From assembly GCA_039630245.1 (NCBI GenBank), contig JBCNVK010000004.1:5403-69402 (forward strand): a stretch of DNA of 64,000 nucleotides, in the 5' to 3' direction. The notes below the pieces were generated by a model, which had not been told where the DNA came from, did no database searches, and saw only the letters and a program-made list of their open reading frames with translations. Both the position numbers and the translations under genes were made by a program. Of the stretch, positions 1 to 9,601 are shown piece by piece. The DNA is from Bacteroidia bacterium. GTDB taxonomy: Bacteria; Bacteroidota; Bacteroidia; SpSt-205. The stretch's first letter is position 1, and every line of letters begins with the position of its first letter.

Positions 1-87
1 GGGCCGCCGCTTGGGCTTTTTGTATCCGCTGCAGCTCAGCTACCGCCGAAGGTGTAAGGTGGAGGCGCATAGCTACCCTTAACGCTT

Positions 88-3000
88 TTAGGGTCGTACC
101 AGAATAAAAGCCCCCCAGAAATAAGGGGCCGAGCGCTGCTCCCGCATGGCTTTCTGCGTATTCCAGAAGGCTTCCTCTAACGGTAATTTTTTGCGCAGCC
201 ATTCCTGGTAGAAGCGAATCATGAAGTCTCGCGTGGCCTCATCATCCACCTTCCATAGGCTTAGGAGGAGGTTCCGTGCCCCGGCTATGAGGAAGGCACG
301 CTGAAGCCCATAAACGCCTTCGCCATTTTGCACCTCACCGAGGCCAGTTTCACACGCTGAGAGGGCCACAAGTTCGGTATTTTGCAAGCGCAGGGAGATA
401 AGTTCGTAGGCGTTGGCAATTCCATCTCGGCTGACGTCGCTGCTTCCGTGCAGCATAGAGCGCCCCGACTCGGCCAGAAGTAGCGCCGAACGAAAGAGAG
501 GATTAGCCAAAGCACTACTCACCTGAATACCAACCAGCGCGCCGAGACGCTCATCATAAGGCAGGAAAAGCCCATGCGTGGCTATATGTAAAATGTAGGG
601 CGAGGTATATTGGTAGAGAAGCGGTTCGCTCGCCTGCCTTTCCAGATGAATCAGAGGGAGAATCCCTTCGCTGCGCAAAATGTCCTGAATCGCTTTGGCT
701 TCTTCGGCCGTACCAGGGAGGGGCGGTACGTAAACGCTGTCCTCAGGCATATCAGGCGCGAAAGTAGGATTAGCCAGGATGAGGGCCTTTCGCCCCTCCC
801 AGTTCCGAATAGGTGGGGCTGGCCGGAGAAGATTCGCCAGGCGCGTGTGATAGATGACCTGATATTTGTCGGCAAGGTAACCGCCTGTGGGCAGAGGCAA
901 AGTGGAGAGGTTAACCTGATTATAGACCCCATCGGCTGATACAAAGAGCTTTTGCACAGTAGGCGGAAGTACCTCAGCTACAGGAGCCCAAAAAGCCCTA
1001 TAGGAGATAGTGTCTTTTTCAAAGTTCAGTATGGATTGACTGTAGCGGAAAAAGGCGTAGGTTTCCATCCATCGGCCGCGTGGAAAACAGACTACCAGCG
1101 GTTCTTTAGCTTGGCGCGTAGTGATGATGGCATAATACAAAATGGAATCTGGGGCTAGAGGGCTGCGGAGACGCAACCAGTCCACGGCCGCCGCATCCGC
1201 TGGAAGGGCTTGACGAAGCTGCCTCCATTTAGCCTGAAAAAGGCGAATATCCCCGGCATACTGGGCGAGTTGCCTTTCCAGTTCATTCAGGCGGGCTTCC
1301 TCCTCAGCCAGATTAATGCCCATCGTACGCAGTTCCTCTGGGGAATAGGCGTAGAGGCGGGCCACGAATTCCTTTTGCTCCTGCCAGGCGTAGAAAGTAT
1401 GCTGCACCAAGGTATCGGGATGCGAAGCAAAGCGAGCCCGCAATTGAGCCGTCTCATTCAGAATAAAGGCCTTTGTAGCTAGATAGGTTTCATAGGCTTG
1501 TAGGCGGTCCGACTTGGTGCCTTGACTGAAGGCATAGGCGTAGTAGTGCTCCAGTACGCGGCGCACGCGCGCCCAGTAGCGGGCCTTTTCGCTTTCGCTG
1601 AAACCATTGAAGAGCTTATCCACCTGTTTGAGAATGAGAGAAGCGGCCTTTTTGTAGTTAGACTTAGCATCGGCGTAGCTTTGCGCCAGCCAGTGGAGAT
1701 CGGCCAGCTCAGCTAGGTAGAAGGGGTACTCGGGGTGCTGCGTGCCGTGAGCTTTGAGCCAAAGGTCAAGCCATTTACGGTATTCTCGGAGTGCGGTGAG
1801 GTGGTAGCCTTGGGCCCGATACAGGCGGGCTTGATAGAGGAAGGCCCGCAGACGATCTGGATGATACGCTGGCGCATCTACCTCTAAAATAGCGCGGGCG
1901 GCTGCGAGGCGCTCCTCAGCGCGGGCAAGGCTATCCAAGGCTAGCCAAGCCCCGCTCAGGTCCAGCGAAAGCGCCGCATATTCTAAAGGCGCGGAGTTCT
2001 GAGCTAGCTCGGCTATGGACGCACTGCGATGCAGGTGGTGCGTAGCGCTGTCCCGTTTGCCTTGAAGGAGGGCATTTTCGGCTAAAAGATAATGCGTGCG
2101 GGCAAGCGGAAGCGCTGGCTTGCTGCCGTAGAAGCTCTGTTGGGCTTGAAGGGCCTCTTGCAGGTAAGCCGCTTGGCGGTCATACCGGCCTAACGCCGCG
2201 GCGAGGCGTCCCGCCGCTAAAACCGCTTCCACATACCCCAGCGACGTCGGCCCCAAAAGCCGCTTATTGAGGTCCAAAGCCTTGCGAATAGTTTCTTCGG
2301 CCTTCGGGTAATCGCCCATTTCCAAATAGAATTCGCTAAGAGCGCTGTAGTAAGCTGCCGCTTCGGCATCCTCTCGAGCCCCTTGATAGAGCTTAGCCAA
2401 GCGGTTGTAGGTTTCTTTAGCCTGGGTGTAGCGACCAGTTTTCTGGTAGAGTATAGCTAAGCGCAGGAGGCTTAGACCTTCTTCGGTAGTTTCTTTGCTC
2501 TCTCGGCGCTGGAGGCTGCGCAGGCGCGTGGCACGCAGATAGTGACGCTCCGCTTCGCGAAATTGCCCCTTAAGCCGCGCCAAGTCCCCTAAAGCCTCCT
2601 CCAAGGTTATCTTTTCGCTTAGGTACGCATCGGGCAGGTGGCGGATAGGCTTATCTATAGCAAGGAGAAGTGTCTCCGCTGGCGCTGGCAAAAGTAGCGC
2701 TAAAGATACATTAGCCAGGGCTAGCGCCGTACGTAGGTAGGCAGGATTGGTCTGGGGTTTAGGGAGAAGCCGCTCATAGGCCGTCTTTTGGTAAATCAGG
2801 AGCGTTTCGGCCTGGGAGTAGTAGCCGCGGCGCAAGGTGTGCTGCGCCAAAACCTCCCACAGGCTAAAGGTACGCGGGCCTACAGGATCGCCCAGCGCAC
2901 TGAGGAGGCGCCGTACCTGAGCATAGGCCGAATCGGCCTGCTGCGGCCGAAAGAAGGCCAGATATGTCGTGCCCAATTCCGCCAGGCTGAGCGCCTGATC

Positions 3001-4122
3001 CAACGCAGGGGTAGGTAGGAATTCTTCGGCCCGAAGCACGCTCTGGGTAGCGTAGCCTAGAGCGATAGATTGTCGCCCCCTAAGGCGCCCCACCGCCGCT
3101 ACCTGACGCTGAAGCCGAAGAAGTAGAAGGCCCTGAGCCCCTTGAAGGCTAAGGCTTAGAAGATTTTCATATAGATTCTCACGGCGCGTAAGGCGGGTTA
3201 TATAACCCACATGTTCCAGACCTTCAATAGCTGGATAGGTAAGAGGAACCTTCCGGGCTTTATAGGCTCCTATAATAGAATTCATTTTGCGCAGGCGGCG
3301 CTCATAGCTGCGGCGGGAAGCGTGTTGAAACTCATCCAGTAGGAGGCGCGTCCGAGCCCGCAGGGCTAAATCCCGCCCCTTTTGAAAGGTGCGCCGGGCA
3401 AATCGACGGCTCTGGCTAAGGTATTTGCGGGCTTTTTGCCGATCACCCTGAAAGAAGGCCGCTTCCGCCAGTAGGTAGGCGTACTCGGATTGATAGCGGC
3501 GAAGGTGATTACTGGGAGGAAAGGGCGGAAAGGCGGCGGGAAGAGAATCCCAATATCCTCTTTCCCAAGCAAGCCAATACCCGAGGTAGGCAGCGCGAGC
3601 CTTTAGGTAGCCACCGTACGGGGGGGGGAAGCTCTCTAAGCCAGAGGAAGTGTTCAAATAAGTTTGCGCAGCGGACAGCTGGCCTAAGTGAAGGGCGTTT
3701 TCGGCCTGTTCTAAATTCAGCAGGGCTTTTTCCCAGGGCTGTTGGGTGTAGGGCTGAGCTTGGCGCAGCATTTCTTCGGATTCTTTGAGGCGGCCCAGCC
3801 CGCGCAGAATGCGGGCCCGCGTCCAGAAGTAGCGGAGCCGTAGCTCAGGTGTGGCTTCGCCGCGCGGGATGAAGCTAAACTGCTGAAGGAGCGATTCGGC
3901 CAGCGCATACTGATGGGCCTCAGCTAAAGCCAGTGCTTGGGCCACCCCGACCGCCCCATGAGCTTCTTCGGGCCTTAGGCCCTTCTTGAGCAGGCTTTTA
4001 TAAGCTGAAGCCGATTTTTTGGCAAAGGAACCTAGCTTGCCTTGAAAGTAGAGCGGTTCGTTGAGAAATCCTTGGGCGAAAAGGAGACTTAAGCCAAAGG
4101 CTAATCCAAATTTAGCCTTCAC
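88..4122 (-). CDS. Secreted TPR-repeat protein with a C-terminal CHAT (caspase-like) peptidase domain, 1344 aa. GTG start overlaps the rplS 3' end by 11 nt.
   Basis: N-terminal signal peptide [18 protein letters not shown]. Many TPR-like helical repeats follow. The C-terminus has the CHAT His/Cys dyad context (ILHIATHG ... [10 protein letters not shown]). Stop TAA at 88-90. Confidence 0.75.
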   Translation of the reverse strand: MKAKFGLAFGLSLLFAQGFLNEPLYFQGKLGSFAKKSASAYKSLLKKGLRPEEAHGAVGVAQALALAEAHQYALAESLLQQFSFIPRGEATPELRLRYFWTRARILRGLGRLKESEEMLRQAQPYTQQPWEKALLNLEQAENALHLGQLSAAQTYLNTSSGLESFPPPYGGYLKARAAYLGYWLAWERGYWDSLPAAFPPFPPSNHLRRYQSEYAYLLAEAAFFQGDRQKARKYLSQSRRFARRTFQKGRDLALRARTRLLLDEFQHASRRSYERRLRKMNSIIGAYKARKVPLTYPAIEGLEHVGYITRLTRRENLYENLLSLSLQGAQGLLLLRLQRQVAAVGRLRGRQSIALGYATQSVLRAEEFLPTPALDQALSLAELGTTYLAFFRPQQADSAYAQVRRLLSALGDPVGPRTFSLWEVLAQHTLRRGYYSQAETLLIYQKTAYERLLPKPQTNPAYLRTALALANVSLALLLPAPAETLLLAIDKPIRHLPDAYLSEKITLEEALGDLARLKGQFREAERHYLRATRLRSLQRRESKETTEEGLSLLRLAILYQKTGRYTQAKETYNRLAKLYQGAREDAEAAAYYSALSEFYLEMGDYPKAEETIRKALDLNKRLLGPTSLGYVEAVLAAGRLAAALGRYDRQAAYLQEALQAQQSFYGSKPALPLARTHYLLAENALLQGKRDSATHHLHRSASIAELAQNSAPLEYAALSLDLSGAWLALDSLARAEERLAAARAILEVDAPAYHPDRLRAFLYQARLYRAQGYHLTALREYRKWLDLWLKAHGTQHPEYPFYLAELADLHWLAQSYADAKSNYKKAASLILKQVDKLFNGFSESEKARYWARVRRVLEHYYAYAFSQGTKSDRLQAYETYLATKAFILNETAQLRARFASHPDTLVQHTFYAWQEQKEFVARLYAYSPEELRTMGINLAEEEARLNELERQLAQYAGDIRLFQAKWRQLRQALPADAAAVDWLRLRSPLAPDSILYYAIITTRQAKEPLVVCFPRGRWMETYAFFRYSQSILNFEKDTISYRAFWAPVAEVLPPTVQKLFVSADGVYNQVNLSTLPLPTGGYLADKYQVIYHTRLANLLRPAPPIRNWEGRKALILANPTFAPDMPEDSVYVPPLPGTAEEAKAIQDILRSEGILPLIHLERQASEPLLYQYTSPYILHIATHGLFLPYDERLGALVGIQVSSALANPLFRSALLLAESGRSMLHGSSDVSRDGIANAYELISLRLQNTELVALSACETGLGEVQNGEGVYGLQRAFLIAGARNLLLSLWKVDDEATRDFMIRFYQEWLRKKLPLEEAFWNTQKAMREQRSAPYFWGAFILVRP

Positions 4123-4471
4123 GACGCTTGAGCTTGAGGGCTTTACCTACCCGACCCCGCATGTAAAAGAGACGGGCTCGACGGGTGCGATTGGGCCGTA
4201 ATACTTCCACCTTCAGAAGAAAAGGAGAATGCAGCGGCACAATCCGTTCTACCCCTATCCCGCCGGATACCTTACGCACGGTTACGGTTTCGCTAATCCC
4301 TCTCCCTCGGCGCTGAATGACCATGCCCTCAAAAACCTGAATGCGTTCCTTGCCGCCTTCCACAATCCGAAGGTGTAGCCGAACCGTATCCCCAGCTCGG
4401 AAGGAGGGTAAATCAGCCTTATGGTAAGGCGCATTTATAAGGTACTCCACCTCCCGCAAAAGATGGCTCAT
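4112..4471 (-). CDS. rplS: 50S ribosomal protein L19
   Basis: The 119-aa translation shows the typical L19 core ([51 protein letters not shown]). Confidence 0.92.
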   Translation of the reverse strand: MSHLLREVEYLINAPYHKADLPSFRAGDTVRLHLRIVEGGKERIQVFEGMVIQRRGRGISETVTVRKVSGGIGVERIVPLHSPFLLKVEVLRPNRTRRARLFYMRGRVGKALKLKRREG

Positions 4472-4475
4472 GCCG

Positions 4476-4483
4476 CAAAGGTA
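4476..4483 (-). promoter_or_regulatory. Bacteroidota sigma-A -7 element TACCTTTG, 4 nt upstream of the rplS ATG. It is embedded in a perfect 8-bp/4-nt-loop inverted repeat (4475-4494).
   Basis: Minus-strand read ...TACCTTTGcggcATG. The same motif-plus-spacer architecture recurs at many starts in this window. Confidence 0.6.
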
Positions 4484-4560
4484 TAAACCTTTGCCCTTCC
4501 CTCTGTCTGAAACCGACGGTTGGAATTATTTGACTGAAAGTAGCTATATTTGCCCGTGAT

Positions 4561-5403
4561 ATGAGCCAGACCACTACTTCTACCGTGACTTCTGGGGCAC
4601 CTCAGGTACGCTCAGCGGGTGCCGCCCTTAGAGAATTTTTCGCTACCATTGTAATAATTGTATGTATCACCATTGGCATTCTCATCTATGTTTTCATCTT
4701 GGGTAACCCCAACAATTTTGAGGGGGGCGATCCGCGGAATAACCCTCTACAGGGGAATTACTTAGGTATCGCTTACAAGGGCGGGGTGCTAGTTCCGATT
4801 GCTATAGGGCTTTTGCTTATTGCGATTACTATGTCTATAGAGCGAGCCATCACCCTAGCACGCGCAACAGGCAAGATGAGCATGGAAGCCTTTGTCCAGC
4901 AAATAGAATATCTTCTGGAGTATGACCGAATTGACGATGCGCTGGCCCTGTGCGACAAGCAGCGCGGCACCGTAGGCAACGTAGTGCGCGAAACCTTAGT
5001 GCGCCTCAAGCAGGTAAAAGACGACCCTAAAATGGATCGCGAGCAGAAAGTCGTAAGCATTCAGAAGGCCTTAGAGGAGTCGCTAGCGCTAGAGCTACCT
5101 ATGCTGGAAAAGCACATGACTATCATCGCAACGATTGTATCTATTGCCACTCTTATTGGTCTGATTGGTACGGTATTGGGTATGATTCGGGCCTTTGCGG
5201 CGCTGGCTACCTCGGGCGCACCCGACGCCGTTGCCCTCGCCACAGGGATTTCAGAAGCCTTGGTAAATACCGCGCTGGGCATTACCACTTCCACCATAGC
5301 GACAGTAATGTACAACTACTTTACCAGCCGAATAGATGACATTACTTATCGAATCGACGAAGCCGGTTATATTATCGTGCAGACCTTCCAAGCCAAAAAT
5401 TAG
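4561..5403 (+). CDS. exbB: MotA/TolQ/ExbB proton-channel protein (ExbB) with a long Bacteroidota-type N-terminal extension
   Basis: TM helices are present, and the C-terminal part matches the TolQ/ExbB family (GLIGTVLGMIRAF, ALVNTALGI). It is followed by two exbD genes and tonB. Confidence 0.85.
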   Translation: MSQTTTSTVTSGAPQVRSAGAALREFFATIVIIVCITIGILIYVFILGNPNNFEGGDPRNNPLQGNYLGIAYKGGVLVPIAIGLLLIAITMSIERAITLARATGKMSMEAFVQQIEYLLEYDRIDDALALCDKQRGTVGNVVRETLVRLKQVKDDPKMDREQKVVSIQKALEESLALELPMLEKHMTIIATIVSIATLIGLIGTVLGMIRAFAALATSGAPDAVALATGISEALVNTALGITTSTIATVMYNYFTSRIDDITYRIDEAGYIIVQTFQAKN

Positions 5404-5409
5404 GGGGTT

Positions 5410-6021
5410 ATGAGTAAATTCAAGGCTAAGAAGCAGAATATTGCGATAGACATGACCCCCATGGTGGATTTAGCCTTCTTGCTTATTACTTTCTTCATGC
5501 TTACGGTCAAGTTTCGTGCGCCAGAGGCGGTAGAGGTGGATTTGCCTTCCTCCATAGCCGATACGCCTCTGCCAGCGCAGGATATCCTCATGATTTCGGT
5601 CTCGGGGGATGGTCGGATATTTTTTGGGGTAGATAGCAAGCATGTACGGCTTGGAATTCTAGAGAAGATTAAGGAGCGGTATGGGTATAGCTTCAGTGAG
5701 GAGGAAATGCACCTTTTCTCTATCCTACCGGAAATCGGTGTGCCTTTTGAGCAGCTTAAGGGCTATTTGGCTTTACGGGAAGACGAGCGAAAGGCTATAG
5801 ACAAGCGAGCCTCTATACCCGTAGATAGCACAAATAACCAGCTCAAGCAGTGGATTCTTTTTGCGCGCTATAGCAATCCCAAGCTGCGGATAGTTATCCG
5901 AGCAGATGAACGGGCGCCCTACCCCGTCATCGCCCGCGTGATAGAGACGCTCAAGGAACAGAAGATACACCGATTTAATTTGATTACTACCTTTGAAGCG
6001 CGACCACAAAAAGTCTCTTAG
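5410..6021 (+). CDS. exbD: Biopolymer transport protein ExbD/TolR
   Basis: The N-terminus is DMTPMVDLAFLLITFFM, the ExbD signature. Confidence 0.85.
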   Translation: MSKFKAKKQNIAIDMTPMVDLAFLLITFFMLTVKFRAPEAVEVDLPSSIADTPLPAQDILMISVSGDGRIFFGVDSKHVRLGILEKIKERYGYSFSEEEMHLFSILPEIGVPFEQLKGYLALREDERKAIDKRASIPVDSTNNQLKQWILFARYSNPKLRIVIRADERAPYPVIARVIETLKEQKIHRFNLITTFEARPQKVS

Positions 6022-6024
6022 GGT

Positions 6025-6591
6025 ATGGCAGCGGAGGTAGGAGGTGATAGCGGGGCACCCAAAAAGGGCAAGAAGAAAGGGAAAGCCCGCAAGCCGCGTA
6101 AGCGCCCACGCATTGATATGACGCCCATGGTGGACTTGGGCTTCTTGCTGCTTACCTTCTTCGTGCTTACCACCACTATGTCTACCCCTAATACGATGCC
6201 TGTGGTAGTACCGCCTAAGATTACCGAGAAAGATGAGGTAGAACCGCCAAAGATTGCCGAGGGCAAGGTTATCACTTTGCTCGTAGGTCGAGGAAAAGTA
6301 TACCACTATACGGGCGTAGAAAAACCGGAACTCCATCAGACGGATTTCTCCTCTCAAGGCGGCATACGGCGGGTGCTTCTACAACGGCGTCAAGAAGTAG
6401 CCGCGCGCTACGGCAACCCCGACGAAATGATTGTCATAATCAAGATGCTGGACGAGGCGCAGTACAAGGACTTTGTGGATATCTTGGATGAGATGAATAT
6501 CATTCAGCAGCGCAAATATGCCTTGGTGGATATTACCAAGGAAGAAGTAGGAATGGTAGAGGATTACAAAAAGCAGATGAAATCCTCTTAG
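6025..6591 (+). CDS. exbD: Biopolymer transport protein ExbD/TolR (second copy, basic N-terminal tail)
   Basis: IDMTPMVDLGFLLLTFFVL motif. It is tandem with the first exbD. Confidence 0.85.
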   Translation: MAAEVGGDSGAPKKGKKKGKARKPRKRPRIDMTPMVDLGFLLLTFFVLTTTMSTPNTMPVVVPPKITEKDEVEPPKIAEGKVITLLVGRGKVYHYTGVEKPELHQTDFSSQGGIRRVLLQRRQEVAARYGNPDEMIVIIKMLDEAQYKDFVDILDEMNIIQQRKYALVDITKEEVGMVEDYKKQMKSS

Positions 6592-6594
6592 CCC

Positions 6595-7407
6595 ATGAAG
6601 GCGACGGTGTTCAATTGGGATGATCGGCTATTTGCGCATCGCAATAAGGAATACGGGGCTTACTTTCTGCGCAAAAACTATGTGCGCCATACCTTGGGGG
6701 CTTTGCTTATTGCAATCAGTGGCGTCGGTATAGGCATAGCCGTGCCCTTCGTAAAGGCCTATATAGAGGCAAAGCTCCATGGGCTCAAGCGGGAGAAGCG
6801 GCGCACGGTTATCACCGAGCTTATGGAGCCTCCTCCAATAGATAAGAAGAATGAGCCCCCACCACCTCCGATAGAGCAGCCTCCTCCTCCCCCCCAAAGG
6901 GCTCAAATTAAATTTGTACCCCCACAGGTAGTCAAAGAAGAAGAGGCGCGCAAAGAAGAAACTATCGCCAATATAGACACCCTAATGAAAGTAGACCCTG
7001 GCACCAAAGATGTACAAGGCGACCCCAACGCGATACCCGAAATAGGGGAAGTGGGTGGCACGGGCAATCAGCCCGTGGAAGTCGTAGAGAAAGAAGAGGA
7101 TCCAGACCCCACGGCTTTTGTAGCGGTTGAAAAGGAACCGCAGCCAGTAAATATGGACGATATTCGGCGTCGCATAGGCTATCCGCCCCTAGCCAAGGAA
7201 GCTGGTATACAGGGAAAGGTAATCGTGCGCGTTCTCGTAGGCAAAACCGGAAAGTATGAAAAGCACATGGTGTTACGCTCACCGCACAAAATACTCACAG
7301 AAGCGGTAGAGAAGGAGCTACCCAATCTGGAATTCACCCCGGGCATTCAAGCTGGCAAACCCATCAAAGTATGGGTTACCATTCCGTTTGACTTCCAGCT
7401 TAGATGA
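6595..7407 (+). CDS. tonB: Energy transducer TonB
   Basis: N-terminal TM anchor, a Pro-rich spacer (EPPPPPIEQPPPPP), and a C-terminal TonB domain (YPPLAKEAGIQGKVIVRVLV...GKPIKVWVTIPFDFQL). Confidence 0.88.
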   Translation: MKATVFNWDDRLFAHRNKEYGAYFLRKNYVRHTLGALLIAISGVGIGIAVPFVKAYIEAKLHGLKREKRRTVITELMEPPPIDKKNEPPPPPIEQPPPPPQRAQIKFVPPQVVKEEEARKEETIANIDTLMKVDPGTKDVQGDPNAIPEIGEVGGTGNQPVEVVEKEEDPDPTAFVAVEKEPQPVNMDDIRRRIGYPPLAKEAGIQGKVIVRVLVGKTGKYEKHMVLRSPHKILTEAVEKELPNLEFTPGIQAGKPIKVWVTIPFDFQLR

Positions 7408-7994
7408 GAGTTTCGCCCGGGCTCTTGGGGATTTTTTTTCTGTGGGGGTGTCGTTCTTCTGTTTCACCCGTTCCAAATCGGTCGGCGGATTCGCTGTATT
7501 CACCTGCGGCTGAGCCTTCCAAAGGGTTAGTAGAACGGATTGCCGATAGTTTAGAACAGCCCGAAAAAGAGTCCGCTCTCTCTTCACTGGCTTTGGCTGA
7601 GAGTACGTCTCGGGCTAAGCCAACGGCAGGCAGCCAGTTGCCTGCCCTCAAACGCGAGCCCTGGATGGATACCTTACTGGATTTGAGTCATGTACCGCCT
7701 CCTAATAGTGCGGTAGAATTAGAAGAGGAAGCTGTACCTCGTAACCTCTCGTCGGTAGAAATCCTCCTCAGCCATCGCCTGCGTCCCAAGGCCCCTCTGC
7801 GAGCTACCCTGCGCGCCTACGTAGGGGAAGAAGGGCGCGTGCGCCGCATCCAAATTTTAGAAACCAGCGACACCAACCTGCAAATACAGCATTTAGTGCC
7901 CCCCTTACTAGAACTGCAGTGCAGCCCCGCCACCAACCGGGGACGGAAGGTAGCCAGCTGGATTAAGGTTAAACTGCATATCAAGCCACTATGA
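7404..7994 (+). CDS. Putative lipoprotein with a TonB C-terminal-like domain (TonB2?). ATGA-coupled to tonB.
   Basis: Signal/lipobox LLGIFFLWGC. The C-terminal segment (GRKVASWIKVKL) weakly resembles a TonB C-terminal domain. The 4-nt start/stop overlap with the upstream gene supports a real gene. Confidence 0.4.
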   Translation: MRVSPGLLGIFFLWGCRSSVSPVPNRSADSLYSPAAEPSKGLVERIADSLEQPEKESALSSLALAESTSRAKPTAGSQLPALKREPWMDTLLDLSHVPPPNSAVELEEEAVPRNLSSVEILLSHRLRPKAPLRATLRAYVGEEGRVRRIQILETSDTNLQIQHLVPPLLELQCSPATNRGRKVASWIKVKLHIKPL

Positions 7995-8494
7995 AAATAC
8001 CTGCCGAAATCGTACAAAACCTCAACGAACAGCTCAACCGTGAGCTATACGCCCATTATCTGTATATCGTGATGGCGAGTTACTTTTTTGAACGCGAGCT
8101 AGCCGGCTTCGGCGCCTTCTTCCTCAAGCAGTCCGAAGAGGAACGGGAGCATGCCATGCGCCTCTTCCATTACCTCATGGAAAAAGGGGCCAACTTCAGT
8201 CCACTCCCTATTGAGATTCCGCCTAAGAATTATGACTCCCCCACGAGCTGTTTCCAACTAGCTTACGAATACGAGCAGAAAGTCACGCTGAGCTACTATA
8301 ATCTGCTCAAAAAGGCACGTGACCTAGGCGAGTATGACGTAGAGGAGTTTCTCTGGTGGTATATTCGGGAACAGCGTGAGGAAGAGGCCCTCATGCAATA
8401 CTGGCTTACGCGCACAGCTTTAGTGAAAGATAACCATGCTGGGCTTTTACTTTTGGATAAGGAGGCCCGCAAGCATGCCCGCAAGCGCGACTGA
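7991..8494 (+). CDS. ftn: Ferritin (non-heme, Ftn-like)
   Basis: Ferritin-like diiron motifs (ELYAHYLYIVMASYF ... EEEREHAMRLFHYL). ATGA-coupled to the upstream gene. Confidence 0.8.
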   Translation: MKIPAEIVQNLNEQLNRELYAHYLYIVMASYFFERELAGFGAFFLKQSEEEREHAMRLFHYLMEKGANFSPLPIEIPPKNYDSPTSCFQLAYEYEQKVTLSYYNLLKKARDLGEYDVEEFLWWYIREQREEEALMQYWLTRTALVKDNHAGLLLLDKEARKHARKRD

Positions 8495-9372
8495 TGCGGC
8501 GCGCGCGGCTGCTCCATAGCCCAGAAGTAGTAGAAATATTGAGCTTAGATACAGTTCAGGGGATAGCTACCATACGACGTCAGGGCTTTACCCAAAAGGT
8601 TCCCCTCAAGGATTTAGTATGGGAAGAGCCGCCTTTAGCCCCAGCTTCTGATGCAGGCAAAGCGCCTTTGGAGATTAGCTACCTCCAAATTTTCCCCCGA
8701 TTTGTTAGCGGCGAGGCCAGTCTTGAGATAGGCCATAGCGGGCCTTACTCGGCTTTTTATGTACTTTACTTTCGTCAGGGAACGGGCTTGTGGCAGGTTA
8801 TTTGGCAAGGCGTCCTTGCCACTGGGGAAATTTGTACGGAGGTTATTCGGCTTGCTGACTATCCACCCCCTTGGACGCTAAGGCTTCAGCGGGTGAGCTT
8901 ACCGGCGGCCGCCGTGCCCTATATAGACCCTCCTTTAGACCAAGTTTGGCATATACGCTATGCGGATCTTACCCGCGGCACCCCCTGGCAGGCTACTTTA
9001 GCTTCTCCCAAGCCGAGTCTCCCTTCTGCGCCGCTTCCCCTCCCTTCGCCTGAAGGCACCTCGCCCCACCCTGCCCTACCCAAGCTCACTCCAGCTGAAT
9101 TCATAGATTTACACATAGAAAAGTTAGCACCTCAGCTGAAAGAGGCTGAACCTGAAGTAATTTTTGCCTTTCAAGTGCGCTGCATGGAGAATTATCTGCA
9201 TGCATGCGCCCAAGATGGGCGCAGTTCTACTATAGTGATTCATGGGATTGGCCGAAAAAAACTTAGGGAAGCTCTCTTATGCCTTTGTGCGGAAAACGGC
9301 TGGACAGCAGAGCTTCTTCTTCTTCCTCCCTATAAAGGAGGGGCTACGCGGGTGCGTTTCGGGTCAGAATGA
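8494..9372 (+). CDS. Smr-domain protein (DUF2027-like N-terminal region plus C-terminal Smr)
   Basis: C-terminal Smr motif (FIDLHIEKL ... TIVIHGIGRKKLREAL). TGATG-type overlap with the ferritin gene. Confidence 0.65.
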   Translation: MRRARLLHSPEVVEILSLDTVQGIATIRRQGFTQKVPLKDLVWEEPPLAPASDAGKAPLEISYLQIFPRFVSGEASLEIGHSGPYSAFYVLYFRQGTGLWQVIWQGVLATGEICTEVIRLADYPPPWTLRLQRVSLPAAAVPYIDPPLDQVWHIRYADLTRGTPWQATLASPKPSLPSAPLPLPSPEGTSPHPALPKLTPAEFIDLHIEKLAPQLKEAEPEVIFAFQVRCMENYLHACAQDGRSSTIVIHGIGRKKLREALLCLCAENGWTAELLLLPPYKGGATRVRFGSE

Positions 9373-9601
9373 GGCGCTAAATAAGAGGCCCCTCTAGCCG
9401 CGTGGCTCGGTGGGGAGGCCTGTAGCTACTTTCCACTGCGAGGCACAAGGAAATCCTCTATATGGGTATTTTGTTGCCTTGAGTGTGGGTCGAGGAAGAA
9501 AACGGCGGCGTACTTTCAATATTCCCGAGGAGCTACAGGGTCTTTCGCCGCGCGTATTAGAGAACGGCACGGTAGACTTGGGCATACCTCGCGAAAAGCT
9601 T

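Noticed and set aside
1-21. Possible 3' half of a rho-independent terminator (GGGCCGCCGCTTGGGC followed by T5) at the window edge
   Set aside because: The 5' half would lie outside the window, so the hairpin cannot be verified.
5773-6357. 194-aa minus-strand ORF (and similar antisense ORFs at 23769..24305, 43448..43828, 48717..49127)
   Set aside because: All are antisense to well-supported genes (exbD, the T9SS protein, the AsmA repeat, the 332-aa ORF). Their translations are Arg/Gly-rich, as expected from GC-rich antisense frames.
6870-6895. C7 homopolymer in tonB as a phase-variation tract
   Set aside because: It is part of the normal Pro-rich (PPPPP) TonB spacer. Poly-Pro coding explains the C-run without invoking slippage.
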